A stretch of DNA of 64,000 bases from a virus. The notes under the pieces are model-generated. The model had not been told where the DNA came from and ran no database searches. It was given only the letters and a program-made list of their open reading frames with translations. The translations under genes were made by a program, and so were the position numbers. This document shows positions 1 to 9,159 of the stretch, one piece after another (the first letter of the stretch is position 1; each line of letters opens with the position of its first letter). The stretch lies in the IMG/VR virus record IMGVR_UViG_3300037423_000584; one strand, written 5' to 3'.

Positions 1-997
1 GAGATAGACATTGAAGCTGCATAGCAAGCATACCGTTATAGGCAAGCTGAGTAGCTAATATATGTCTTATATTGCTAGTATCTCCCATTACTTCTTTGAA
101 TATCTTATAGTTCCTATAAGTCATCTTAGCAACACGTCGCCAAGCGGCGTGCCACATATTATTATAATCAGTAAGATTTCTGAGAGAATTGTCTCCTGCT
201 GTTACTTCGGCTACTGCTTGATTATAATTCCAAGACGATTGTTCGAATCCAGCGGCAGTATTCCATACTTCATTGCTATATTCTATATACCAATTAATAC
301 CGGGCTTTTGTGTTGTCTTGATAAGTTTAGCAAGATTATAGACAAAATCATCATCAGCTTTTGCTGGAATATTTATCCATCCATCTTTGCCAGTTTTATT
401 ACACAAGGCAATAGCCATCTCGTATGGACCTCCTCTATCGGTTGTCCACACTGGATCAGTAACTAAGCATCTATCAGACCATTTGACTACATTTGAACTA
501 TTTATATGTGAATAATCCATGAACCTAAAGCCACCAAATGGCTCAAGTCCAGATAAGAATTCATTAGTAAAGATTTGGTCATCGTTTGTATAGCCTGGAG
601 CAAATAGTTTAACATTTTTTACAGTGCCACCGGTATTACGAAATGCAAGAAATAACGCTGTGTCATCGTTATAATCGAATGTTACATCAGCAGTTGATTT
701 ATTGGTAGATGGATCGTATTTATAGTTGATTATTCTTGCCGGACATGCTACTTGAGTAACATCGGCTTTGCCATCGAATGATAATTTGTATACACCATTA
801 GCCCAGCCATTTTTAATATTAGTGAATACTGTAATACCAAAATCGGTAGTAGGCCATATATTAGGGCTAATATTTAATGGTGTCCAAGGTTCCTTATCAG
901 ATCCGATTTGTCTTGATGTCTTGATAACATCAATAAACATTCTAGATTTAGACCAATCAGACAACCCCTCTAGATTCATTCCTAAAAGGCTTTTCAT
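1..997 (-). CDS. Putative glycoside hydrolase (clan GH-A-like TIM barrel), partial; runs off the window edge
   Basis: Absent from the ORF track. Manual translation from ATG at 997: MKSLLGMNLEGLSDWSKSRMFIDVIK...RFMD...GGPYEMAIALCN...WINIP...WYIEYSNEVWN, open to base 1. NE acid/base-type motif. Confidence 0.7.
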   Translation of the reverse strand, partial: MKSLLGMNLEGLSDWSKSRMFIDVIKTSRQIGSDKEPWTPLNISPNIWPTTDFGITVFTNIKNGWANGVYKLSFDGKADVTQVACPARIINYKYDPSTNKSTADVTFDYNDDTALFLAFRNTGGTVKNVKLFAPGYTNDDQIFTNEFLSGLEPFGGFRFMDYSHINSSNVVKWSDRCLVTDPVWTTDRGGPYEMAIALCNKTGKDGWINIPAKADDDFVYNLAKLIKTTQKPGINWYIEYSNEVWNTAAGFEQSSWNYNQAVAEVTAGDNSLRNLTDYNNMWHAAWRRVAKMTYRNYKIFKEVMGDTSNIRHILATQLAYNGMLAMQLQCLS

Positions 998-1030
998 ATA
1001 ACCTCGCATACTCAAAGGTTAAAGTGTGTA

Positions 1031-1076
1031 AAAATAAAATCTCCTCTACCTTTTTAATACAAGATAGAGGAGAAAA
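1031..1076 (-). terminator. Intrinsic terminator after gene 1101-1721
   Basis: TCTCCTCTA...TAGAGGAGA stem followed by a T-rich run on the minus strand. Confidence 0.6.
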
Positions 1077-1100
1077 ATGGATCACAATATATTATTATCT

Positions 1101-1721
1101 TTATAGGTACTCTAGCTCATAATATGAGCCGAATTCTTTAGATCCTACTGTATTAGGTGAAGCACTTATCGCAATATACCAGTCATGACGTGCAGAAGAC
1201 GTATTAGGACCATTAATGTGTAATCCAGAAGTGCCAGGACCGTTGCTAAGAGTAAGAACGGAACCAGAGCCAAATATATTGATCCAATTAGCACTTCCGC
1301 TGCCGCTAAAGTCTTGGTTATTATTTGGATGGATAATTTCCGCAGCATATACAGTTACACCAGAAGGATTGTTATTTTTATTACTTCTGTCATAAGCATA
1401 CATCTTGACGTTTTGTACCTGAACAGGGGTACTATTGGTGAACCTAACGTTTAGTGTTGACAAATAGTTAGGCAATCTAAGTAGATGAATACCGCTGCCA
1501 GTTTGACCAAGTATAACACCAGATGTATTAAGATATTTACAATTGTCTGCTTCTGGACCCTGAGCAGTACCAGTTGAGTCTGTTATAAATGTACGGCCTT
1601 GATAAGATCCAACGGCAACCGAATAACCGAAGCCATTGTCTCCATAAAAGCCTAAGCCAGAACCAGCTAAATTATTAATATTAAAGTCTGTTCCGGCATA
1701 AAATTCAAATTGTGCTGCCAT
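1101..1721 (-). CDS. Putative virion structural protein (G/S/N-rich, beta-rich)
   Basis: 206 aa; GGAG RBS and own TGTATA motif; sits at the end of the tail block. Confidence 0.5.
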   Translation of the reverse strand: MAAQFEFYAGTDFNINNLAGSGLGFYGDNGFGYSVAVGSYQGRTFITDSTGTAQGPEADNCKYLNTSGVILGQTGSGIHLLRLPNYLSTLNVRFTNSTPVQVQNVKMYAYDRSNKNNNPSGVTVYAAEIIHPNNNQDFSGSGSANWINIFGSGSVLTLSNGPGTSGLHINGPNTSSARHDWYIAISASPNTVGSKEFGSYYELEYL

Positions 1722-1778
1722 TTTAAATCTCCGTTTTTATTTTATAGTGTACATAAATTTATACAAGAAATTATTGAA

Positions 1779-3581
1779 TTACTCTTCTTCTTTTGGTATA
1801 TTTAGTTCAGGAATGTCGGGCAACGTTCCTGTAGCATCTTCTGAATATTTGAAGTCGTATTTAACAACTGCTATTATAGATCTAGCAAAGAATCCAGAAT
1901 AACCTATGGAACTTCCTGTTTTTGTTCCACTTGATGTTAATATATTTATAAGTTCTGGTTGTCTTGGAACTCTACCTCCATCTAGTGGACCATTTATTAA
2001 TGGAGAAACAACGATTTCTTCATCTGGTCCTACTGATTTGGACCAGACTTTGGACCAATGATGTTCTTGCCCAACTATTCCACATCCATCGTATGTATTT
2101 ATTTTCCTAGCAGCGAAAAAATCTCCATCAGAATTATTATTAGAAATATTTGAAGATACGAAATCTACTCCACTAGATGATGGTCTAATATATAAATCTA
2201 CTGTTTTCCCTATTCCACTTGCTTTAGAAAAACTAAATGATGCTACTAAATTATTATTAAACATACGACATGAAGCAACATTTTTCTTGTATTTTATTAC
2301 AGCAGAATTTTGATCAAACGGATTCTCATAATATATTTCATCGATTTCAAGATTCGATAATGCACATACTACACCGGGATAACTTACATATAATCCACCA
2401 TTAAATCCATCTAGTGTTCCAACGTGTGCATTTGCTGATGTTGTATTAAAATATCTCTGATGATTAGTATCTTCGCCAGTTTGATCAGTATAAATACGAC
2501 TATCATAACCATAAATCTGATCATATGGCAAATATGCACCGCTAGGATCTCTTCCTCGTTGACTGAAATATGCCTGTGGATTGACATAATTCCAAGCATC
2601 AAGTGTAGCAGCATACTGATCCGATGGGTGATAATCTATATACGCATCGCCTTTGTTTCCTAATGGAATTTCTGTACCGCGAATACCATATGCGAATTTA
2701 TTATCATAATCGCATTTAAATATACCAAATACAAGTCCTCTTCCTGTTTCGATCTGCCAAAATCTGCCAAAGTAATCTGTAGATCCAATACTTGTAAAAA
2801 CAGCATGTTGTCCAAATCCAGTTTCAATACTATCTTGTCTTTGTTCTGACCAAAATAGATAAGGAAATCCAATAGATCCCTTGGCAAAAGAATTACTATA
2901 TTGTTGAAGCCAAAATGGACAGTAACCAACGTGTGTTAATAGATTTATCGCCTTTTGCAGATCATTAAGTATCCAAGGACCCATGTAGTCGCCGACCCGC
3001 GGCATACCACTTGTTGTGATTATATCTGCTGGTTTAACTTGATTCTCAGAGAAGATCCATCCGCCAGAAGCAGATATGTAGTCAAAAAGTGCTCCGGAAT
3101 AATGCTTTTGTTCCAATGGCGTAAATGCAAAATCCCATCTTTTGTCTGGAATTAAACTTCCTTGATCGTAATATCCACCACTAGCTAATGGCCTACCTCC
3201 TTGCGTGAATACAAATCTTGCTCTTTGTCCATCTACTCCTGTTTCGGCTATATTATGTATTTCTCTAGGAAATTTTCTAGTAAAACCAGTAGGAGGGGGA
3301 AAGACTTCATCTGCCCAAGATAATACTAATCCAGACGTTCCTCCAAAGTCATTTGGATTCTTTACAAATCTTGACTTCATGGTATCTGCCGTGTAAACAA
3401 GATCTTTCCATGGACGAAGAGCATAATCTGATTTAAATGCCAATTGTCCCGGAAAAATACCAGATTGACTAAGAGCTATTATTCTTTCTGTTATAGCACG
3501 TTCAAAGTGTTTGTAGATATTTATATCTGTAAAATCTACTCCTTCTTTTTCGTAATCTATATTCCAATTAATATCTGGCAT
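1779..3581 (-). CDS. Putative tail-tip protein
   Basis: 600 aa; translationally coupled in the tail operon; synteny only. Confidence 0.45.
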   Translation of the reverse strand: MPDINWNIDYEKEGVDFTDINIYKHFERAITERIIALSQSGIFPGQLAFKSDYALRPWKDLVYTADTMKSRFVKNPNDFGGTSGLVLSWADEVFPPPTGFTRKFPREIHNIAETGVDGQRARFVFTQGGRPLASGGYYDQGSLIPDKRWDFAFTPLEQKHYSGALFDYISASGGWIFSENQVKPADIITTSGMPRVGDYMGPWILNDLQKAINLLTHVGYCPFWLQQYSNSFAKGSIGFPYLFWSEQRQDSIETGFGQHAVFTSIGSTDYFGRFWQIETGRGLVFGIFKCDYDNKFAYGIRGTEIPLGNKGDAYIDYHPSDQYAATLDAWNYVNPQAYFSQRGRDPSGAYLPYDQIYGYDSRIYTDQTGEDTNHQRYFNTTSANAHVGTLDGFNGGLYVSYPGVVCALSNLEIDEIYYENPFDQNSAVIKYKKNVASCRMFNNNLVASFSFSKASGIGKTVDLYIRPSSSGVDFVSSNISNNNSDGDFFAARKINTYDGCGIVGQEHHWSKVWSKSVGPDEEIVVSPLINGPLDGGRVPRQPELINILTSSGTKTGSSIGYSGFFARSIIAVVKYDFKYSEDATGTLPDIPELNIPKEEE

Positions 3582-4615
3582 TAGTGAAACCTCGGATAAT
3601 CCCAGACTGCTGTTTGAAATGTTTCATCAGCAATCATTAATACTTGATATTTTGTATTTCCTTTAACCAATGGTTTTTGGAAAACATAAAAGTCCTTTGT
3701 CGAATCATAATTTAACCAAACAAGATCTCCCGCAAAAGATCTCATATGATTTATTTCATATGCTGGCTTATTGGTAAGAGTACCAACTCTTCCTCCTCGT
3801 TTTACAATAAAGTTTCCACTTTCTTGTAATTCTACTTCTTGCCAACCATAAACTGTGCCACTTGCATTTATTGTTACGAAATCGTTATTATTTAATTTAA
3901 ATCCGCTTGCAGATTGTATTCTTGCCCAGAATCCCGGCTGAGAGAAGGTTGTCCATACGTTTCTTTCAGTGTCATATCTTAAGTCAATTGGTGCAGCAAC
4001 ATAATCTGATGGATCTACGTCGTAACCTCTATCATATTCTCCCTTGAATTTATTTTTTCCTTTTCCAGATGGATATGGGTTTCCATCCATTGTGTATCCC
4101 CATCCAACAGCCATAACTGGCAATCTAAGTCCTATTCCTCTTATGTTGCTTACATCTCTGTATCTATTAGAATCACCATAATATTTCTTAGACGATACAA
4201 GATGATTTATAGAATCTCCGCTTGGTGCAGCCCATCTGTCATATATAACATTCGTTTTCTTGCTGTCGTAATAAAACGGTAATAATGATTTGCCGTTTAC
4301 ACCAGATGCTATATTTAATTTACTTACATTTTGATCGAAACATGGTAGATCGCCACTTCCAAGTGCTGTTTGGAATGGCATAAAGATGTTTGATAGATCT
4401 GTTCCTGCTGATTGCTGATATGTATCATCCTTCATATCATGCAAGGCTGTTTCATATGAAATATTAGTTTTAAAACTAACAGAAACTCTATGAGATTTAT
4501 CCGCTGGTGATTTGCCAGTTCCTTTCGTAAAAAGACCAAGTACCTTAGTATATGAATAATCATCTACATAAGATATCTTCTTTTTAGATGTTCTTGAACC
4601 TTCAAAATTAGGCAT
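3581..4615 (-). CDS. Putative tail-tip protein
   Basis: 344 aa; synteny downstream of hub-like gene. Confidence 0.45.
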   Translation of the reverse strand: MPNFEGSRTSKKKISYVDDYSYTKVLGLFTKGTGKSPADKSHRVSVSFKTNISYETALHDMKDDTYQQSAGTDLSNIFMPFQTALGSGDLPCFDQNVSKLNIASGVNGKSLLPFYYDSKKTNVIYDRWAAPSGDSINHLVSSKKYYGDSNRYRDVSNIRGIGLRLPVMAVGWGYTMDGNPYPSGKGKNKFKGEYDRGYDVDPSDYVAAPIDLRYDTERNVWTTFSQPGFWARIQSASGFKLNNNDFVTINASGTVYGWQEVELQESGNFIVKRGGRVGTLTNKPAYEINHMRSFAGDLVWLNYDSTKDFYVFQKPLVKGNTKYQVLMIADETFQTAVWDYPRFH

Positions 4616-4626
4616 ATATTGTTCCT

Positions 4627-7600
4627 TTAATCAGCAAATCTATTTGTTCCTTCATATGCGGCATAATATTGATGTCTAATATTAGTATTCTCAGGATCTC
4701 TGAGTTTTTCTCTTGGATCTATTCTTGTTCTAGATATATTATCGTATTCTGCTTTTCTAAATGTTCCTGGTTTTCCTGCATAAGTTGCAAAATTATATGT
4801 TGTTTTTACTCCACCTATGCCGAAATCTATAGAAAGACCAGTAATATTACTATTAAAACCTAACTGATCTCCTAGACCGAATTCTGGGAATCCAACAACA
4901 GAAATAGATGCACTATCAACATATTCTACAGACGCAATGCTTCTTTGGAATCTTTCTTGGCCTGCTTGTTCTAAATTGTAATCCCAAGATTGATTAGAAG
5001 GAGGTCTTGAAAAGTTCCAAGGAACTAGGCCCGGATCAACGTCGATTTTTACCATGCCACTGTTAACAAATGTATTATTGTACCAAGGACCATATGTAAC
5101 CCAAGTGCTTGTCAATGGAATAATTACGGCTTCAAGATCCATAATTCTTTCTTTTGACATCTCTCTCATATATGGATTATTAGTAAAATAATAAACTTGT
5201 TCAACCCAAGTTCTGATTACTTTCTTGGCGTATTGTTTTATATTTTCTCCGGTTTTATCTGCACCGACTTTGATTATATCTCTACAAGTTTTATTAGTTT
5301 TAAAATGATACCAGAAGTATTTTACTAATCCTGCTTTAGTAGACAAGAATTCATCGTCAATTTCTGCACTTCTATAATCACCAGCGATTGCAACACCATC
5401 GGTTGGATCAAATTCAACAGGACTTGGTAATTCTACAAGTGCAAGATCTGGACGTTTTATTAATTGATTGACGGAGCATGAGATATAAACTCTCTCTGGA
5501 TTTCCTATAGTGCCATCTGGTCTAACAGAAACAGTTAATTTATTTGGTCTGAATTCAGAAACAGGAATATCTTGGAACATTGCTTTATTAATTCCATTGG
5601 AATTGAAATTAACATTGCCTTGTGGTTTCCAATTCATAACAGCCATGGCATAAAATCTACCATCTTCTGCCATGAATCTTCTTCTTATTTGATCTTCTTC
5701 TGAACTGAATGATCCGTTTGTTCCATTTATGATACCATCAAATGCAGGAGGAAGGGTTTCCCAATAGCCTCTTTGATCCACAACATATTCAATTTCTGGT
5801 TTTAATGGACGAGTAGGAACTGGTTTATTATCCCAAATTCTTTCCATTATAATAGATCTTGGTAGGCATACCAAGAATTTTCTACCCATATTGTCTAGAG
5901 CATATTGTCTTACTTGTTGATAAATTATTGTATGGAAAGAACTTAGGGTGCGTGAGTAATCTCCATTTTTAAATATATCAGACCATGAAGGATCAGTGAT
6001 AGTTATTGATCCATCGGAATTGCTAACCATCCCATTCTTTAAGTTTTCTAAATATACGTTAGAACTTAAATAGCCAACAATATTAAATTTTGTTAAATCT
6101 ATGCTTTTATCATGATCGATGATCTTCTTTATAGTTCCCCAAGCAATTCCCGGCAAACGAAGAGAATCAGCTATTTCTGGATAATAAATTCTATAAAGAT
6201 TATAGAAAGCATCTTCGCTAATTAAAGCTGCTCTGAGAACTTCTGTATTTAATGGAAGACCTCTAATATATCCATCTATATTGGAAGACGAATTGATTAT
6301 ATATTCTTTTACATAAGCAAATGGTCTTTGATCTGAATCTTCATCTCCGTCTATAAATGCTTTAGTATGTTGTACTTGCCTAACAGTAAATCTATCAACG
6401 ACAATAGAGCATAGAGGTATGCGTTCTGTAAGTTTGCCAAATTCTTCTGAATTTCTATCAAATACAAGATGTTCTAAAGGCAAAAATGGCTCTATTAGTG
6501 GATAAGCGTTGTCATCAGGAGTTACTCCCCAGTATGGGAATATAGAACCTGATTGAACATCGAAATTTTTATTCACTATTTCTATAGATCCATCGTCTCC
6601 TTCTTGTTGTACTTCTGCTTCTCCTCCAAATAATCTAGCTATAATATCTGATGGAAAGGCATTGTAATCTTCTTTGTCATCTGTTAAATGCATCGATTTT
6701 ACATAAGTAGATGGCCAAGCAATGTAATTCTTGTTTCTTGGGCCGCCAAATACAACGCTACAAGTGCATTCATTTCTTGCTTCTTTTCCGACTCTTGCGT
6801 GTTCTACTATATCTTTTCTTTTAGATATGAAATCTTCTATTTCTGTTTTAGTAAGAGGATCTGTGTTATATCTCTTCATACCTCTTATTTCGACAAGCAT
6901 ATTCATGTCGGAAACTTTTCGTGCATAAAGAATATAATCTGATCCAGAATCTGTAGCTATTCTTTGACACAAAGAAGATAAATCTATGGAATTGTCCTCT
7001 ATTCTATAATAGTCTGGTACATTATAAAATGTATCACCAGTAAAAAGAAATTCCATATAGACATTGTTTACTCTAACTCTGCAATTTTCTAGTGCTTCTT
7101 GTATTTTGGACCAAGGAATTCCAAGTTCATTTCTTTCAGATTCCATTCCGTAGTTCCAATATCCAAACACGTCTATGATGTTATGAACATTATCAAATCT
7201 GGGAGCATTTCCCGTTAGGTTCTGTGATAAAGAGAAATTTCCCAAAAAACATTGTATTCCTGAAAACATCTCTCTAGGATCTGTAAGGCTTACGTTAATA
7301 GTTCTTCCTGCTGCGTCTATTTTAGAAACGCTCCAAGATGTGCATATTCCACAAAAATAAAATGGAACTTCTGGATCTTTCATTACTGTTGGATTTAGAT
7401 CCTTGCCATTTTCAAAGAAAATAGGTTTTCCTACTCCTCCTTTTGGAAAACTGATTGCCCATACAGAAGGAATTAATGGTTCTAAAAACTCATCTCCATT
7501 GTCTACATCTTCTACAAGAGTTAAAGATGCAGAACTGGCAACGCCATTGAAGCCTATAGACATATTGACAGATAAAACTGTGCAACCCATAAACTTATAG

Positions 7601-7692
7601 GCTCTGGTATCCTTGTTGTAAGAGCAATCAGAAACTCCTGATGAAAATTTACTGAATATGCATTTTTCAGGATTGGGTATAGTTATTGCCAT
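4627..7692 (-). CDS. Putative baseplate hub / central tail-tip protein
   Basis: 1021 aa; hub-like N-terminus (SVNMSIGFNGVASSASLTLVED) and C-terminus (ITGLSIDFGIGGVKTTYNF); position after the tape measure gene. Confidence 0.55.
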   Translation of the reverse strand: MAITIPNPEKCIFSKFSSGVSDCSYNKDTRAYKFMGCTVLSVNMSIGFNGVASSASLTLVEDVDNGDEFLEPLIPSVWAISFPKGGVGKPIFFENGKDLNPTVMKDPEVPFYFCGICTSWSVSKIDAAGRTINVSLTDPREMFSGIQCFLGNFSLSQNLTGNAPRFDNVHNIIDVFGYWNYGMESERNELGIPWSKIQEALENCRVRVNNVYMEFLFTGDTFYNVPDYYRIEDNSIDLSSLCQRIATDSGSDYILYARKVSDMNMLVEIRGMKRYNTDPLTKTEIEDFISKRKDIVEHARVGKEARNECTCSVVFGGPRNKNYIAWPSTYVKSMHLTDDKEDYNAFPSDIIARLFGGEAEVQQEGDDGSIEIVNKNFDVQSGSIFPYWGVTPDDNAYPLIEPFLPLEHLVFDRNSEEFGKLTERIPLCSIVVDRFTVRQVQHTKAFIDGDEDSDQRPFAYVKEYIINSSSNIDGYIRGLPLNTEVLRAALISEDAFYNLYRIYYPEIADSLRLPGIAWGTIKKIIDHDKSIDLTKFNIVGYLSSNVYLENLKNGMVSNSDGSITITDPSWSDIFKNGDYSRTLSSFHTIIYQQVRQYALDNMGRKFLVCLPRSIIMERIWDNKPVPTRPLKPEIEYVVDQRGYWETLPPAFDGIINGTNGSFSSEEDQIRRRFMAEDGRFYAMAVMNWKPQGNVNFNSNGINKAMFQDIPVSEFRPNKLTVSVRPDGTIGNPERVYISCSVNQLIKRPDLALVELPSPVEFDPTDGVAIAGDYRSAEIDDEFLSTKAGLVKYFWYHFKTNKTCRDIIKVGADKTGENIKQYAKKVIRTWVEQVYYFTNNPYMREMSKERIMDLEAVIIPLTSTWVTYGPWYNNTFVNSGMVKIDVDPGLVPWNFSRPPSNQSWDYNLEQAGQERFQRSIASVEYVDSASISVVGFPEFGLGDQLGFNSNITGLSIDFGIGGVKTTYNFATYAGKPGTFRKAEYDNISRTRIDPREKLRDPENTNIRHQYYAAYEGTNRFAD

Positions 7693-7693
7693 A

Positions 7694-9157
7694 TTATTCC
7701 TGTGTATTATTTATTCCAGAAGGAATTCCATAGACATTACTCTTCTTTGGATTCATTACCCATGAAACGGTTCTAGAATACTGTCTTTTGATTGGATTCC
7801 ATTCTTCCGAGTTCTGCTTAATGTAATAATTTCCTGCACTTGGTTTTAATTGATCTATTAAATCATTAGTATTTGGTTTAGATTTATACATCGATAACAA
7901 AGAAGATCCAGATGACTGTGCCATCACAGCATTTATTGTAATTGTTCTTTCTGGCAAAGTTTTTGTATACATATATTGGACAACGGGACCTTCTGCTCTT
8001 CCTGGGACTTGTATTTGTGCAAAGATATCATTTGATCCAATATCGGATATTGATATATTTTCGTCAATAGCGTTTGATATAAAGAATCCAGAAGTAGCAG
8101 GAAAAGTATATGAATATCTAACAATACCTGTAAAATCTTCATATGTTATCTGTTTTGTGCTTGGGATCGGACTTACGCTATATCCTCCTGGTCTATAAAA
8201 TGTTGCTCTAAGATATATATTTGGTTCTACGGTAGAATTATAATAAGTTTTTGCTCTAGAAAATCTTAAATTTCTGTTCGATGCTTTATCAGCATATCCG
8301 TAGACTGTTCCATTTATAGTAATAGTGCCCTTTTTGGGATTATCTTGTTCTGTGGAAAATGCACCAGTGAACTCTTCTCTGGTTATTCCACTAGGATTAT
8401 ATACGAAATTTTCGTCTAATTCCCAAGAATTTCCAACTATTCCTATATTCTCTGATACGGATCTATTCCAAAAATTAGTAGTATCGCTAGGTATATCTGC
8501 TAACGTTCCTGATAAAGCAATACTATGAACTTTGACAGGTGTTAAGTTTCCATTTTCTGATATACTATAACTTCTATCTCTGCACCATTGTTTTGCTATA
8601 GATAGTGCATCGTTTATTCCAGATGATCCATATGCAATGGTTCCGACTGCTTGTAATCTATGGCTTAGTATAAATGTCCCATCTTCGTTTTCAGTTATGG
8701 ACCAATTTTCAGACGCAGATTGTATAAATTGAGAATCTGTATCTTCTAATGGAAGACTCTTTGCTCTAAGAACAACGGTATAAGTACATTTATTTACCCA
8801 TATTGACTGATCAAAATTGAGGCTTTCTATTGTGCAATAAGCATCTATTGTATTAGGACCGCCACCGCCCGGTGTTTCTATTTCTAATCTTCCTCCATCC
8901 TGAGAAAAAAGATTTCTTATTCTTTTCTGTTCTGACAGAACATCTTCCATAGTTGGAGAATCGCTATTGCTTTCATTTTGGGCACCGGGAGAATCTTGAT
9001 CTGTGCCAACATTTACTATGGTTCCAGTCAGAGTAAAGACATTTTCTGGGTACAGTTTACGTCCGGCTTCATCTCTTACGTATTGTTTCTGTATAGAGAC
9101 TACTGGTGCAGGAATAAGTTCTTCTGGACCATTTGGTCCTGTAAATCGTATTGGCAT
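7694..9157 (-). CDS. Putative distal tail / tail-tip protein
   Basis: 487 aa; repeated beta-rich segments; synteny. Confidence 0.5.
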   Translation of the reverse strand: MPIRFTGPNGPEELIPAPVVSIQKQYVRDEAGRKLYPENVFTLTGTIVNVGTDQDSPGAQNESNSDSPTMEDVLSEQKRIRNLFSQDGGRLEIETPGGGGPNTIDAYCTIESLNFDQSIWVNKCTYTVVLRAKSLPLEDTDSQFIQSASENWSITENEDGTFILSHRLQAVGTIAYGSSGINDALSIAKQWCRDRSYSISENGNLTPVKVHSIALSGTLADIPSDTTNFWNRSVSENIGIVGNSWELDENFVYNPSGITREEFTGAFSTEQDNPKKGTITINGTVYGYADKASNRNLRFSRAKTYYNSTVEPNIYLRATFYRPGGYSVSPIPSTKQITYEDFTGIVRYSYTFPATSGFFISNAIDENISISDIGSNDIFAQIQVPGRAEGPVVQYMYTKTLPERTITINAVMAQSSGSSLLSMYKSKPNTNDLIDQLKPSAGNYYIKQNSEEWNPIKRQYSRTVSWVMNPKKSNVYGIPSGINNTQE

Positions 9158-9159
9158 CT

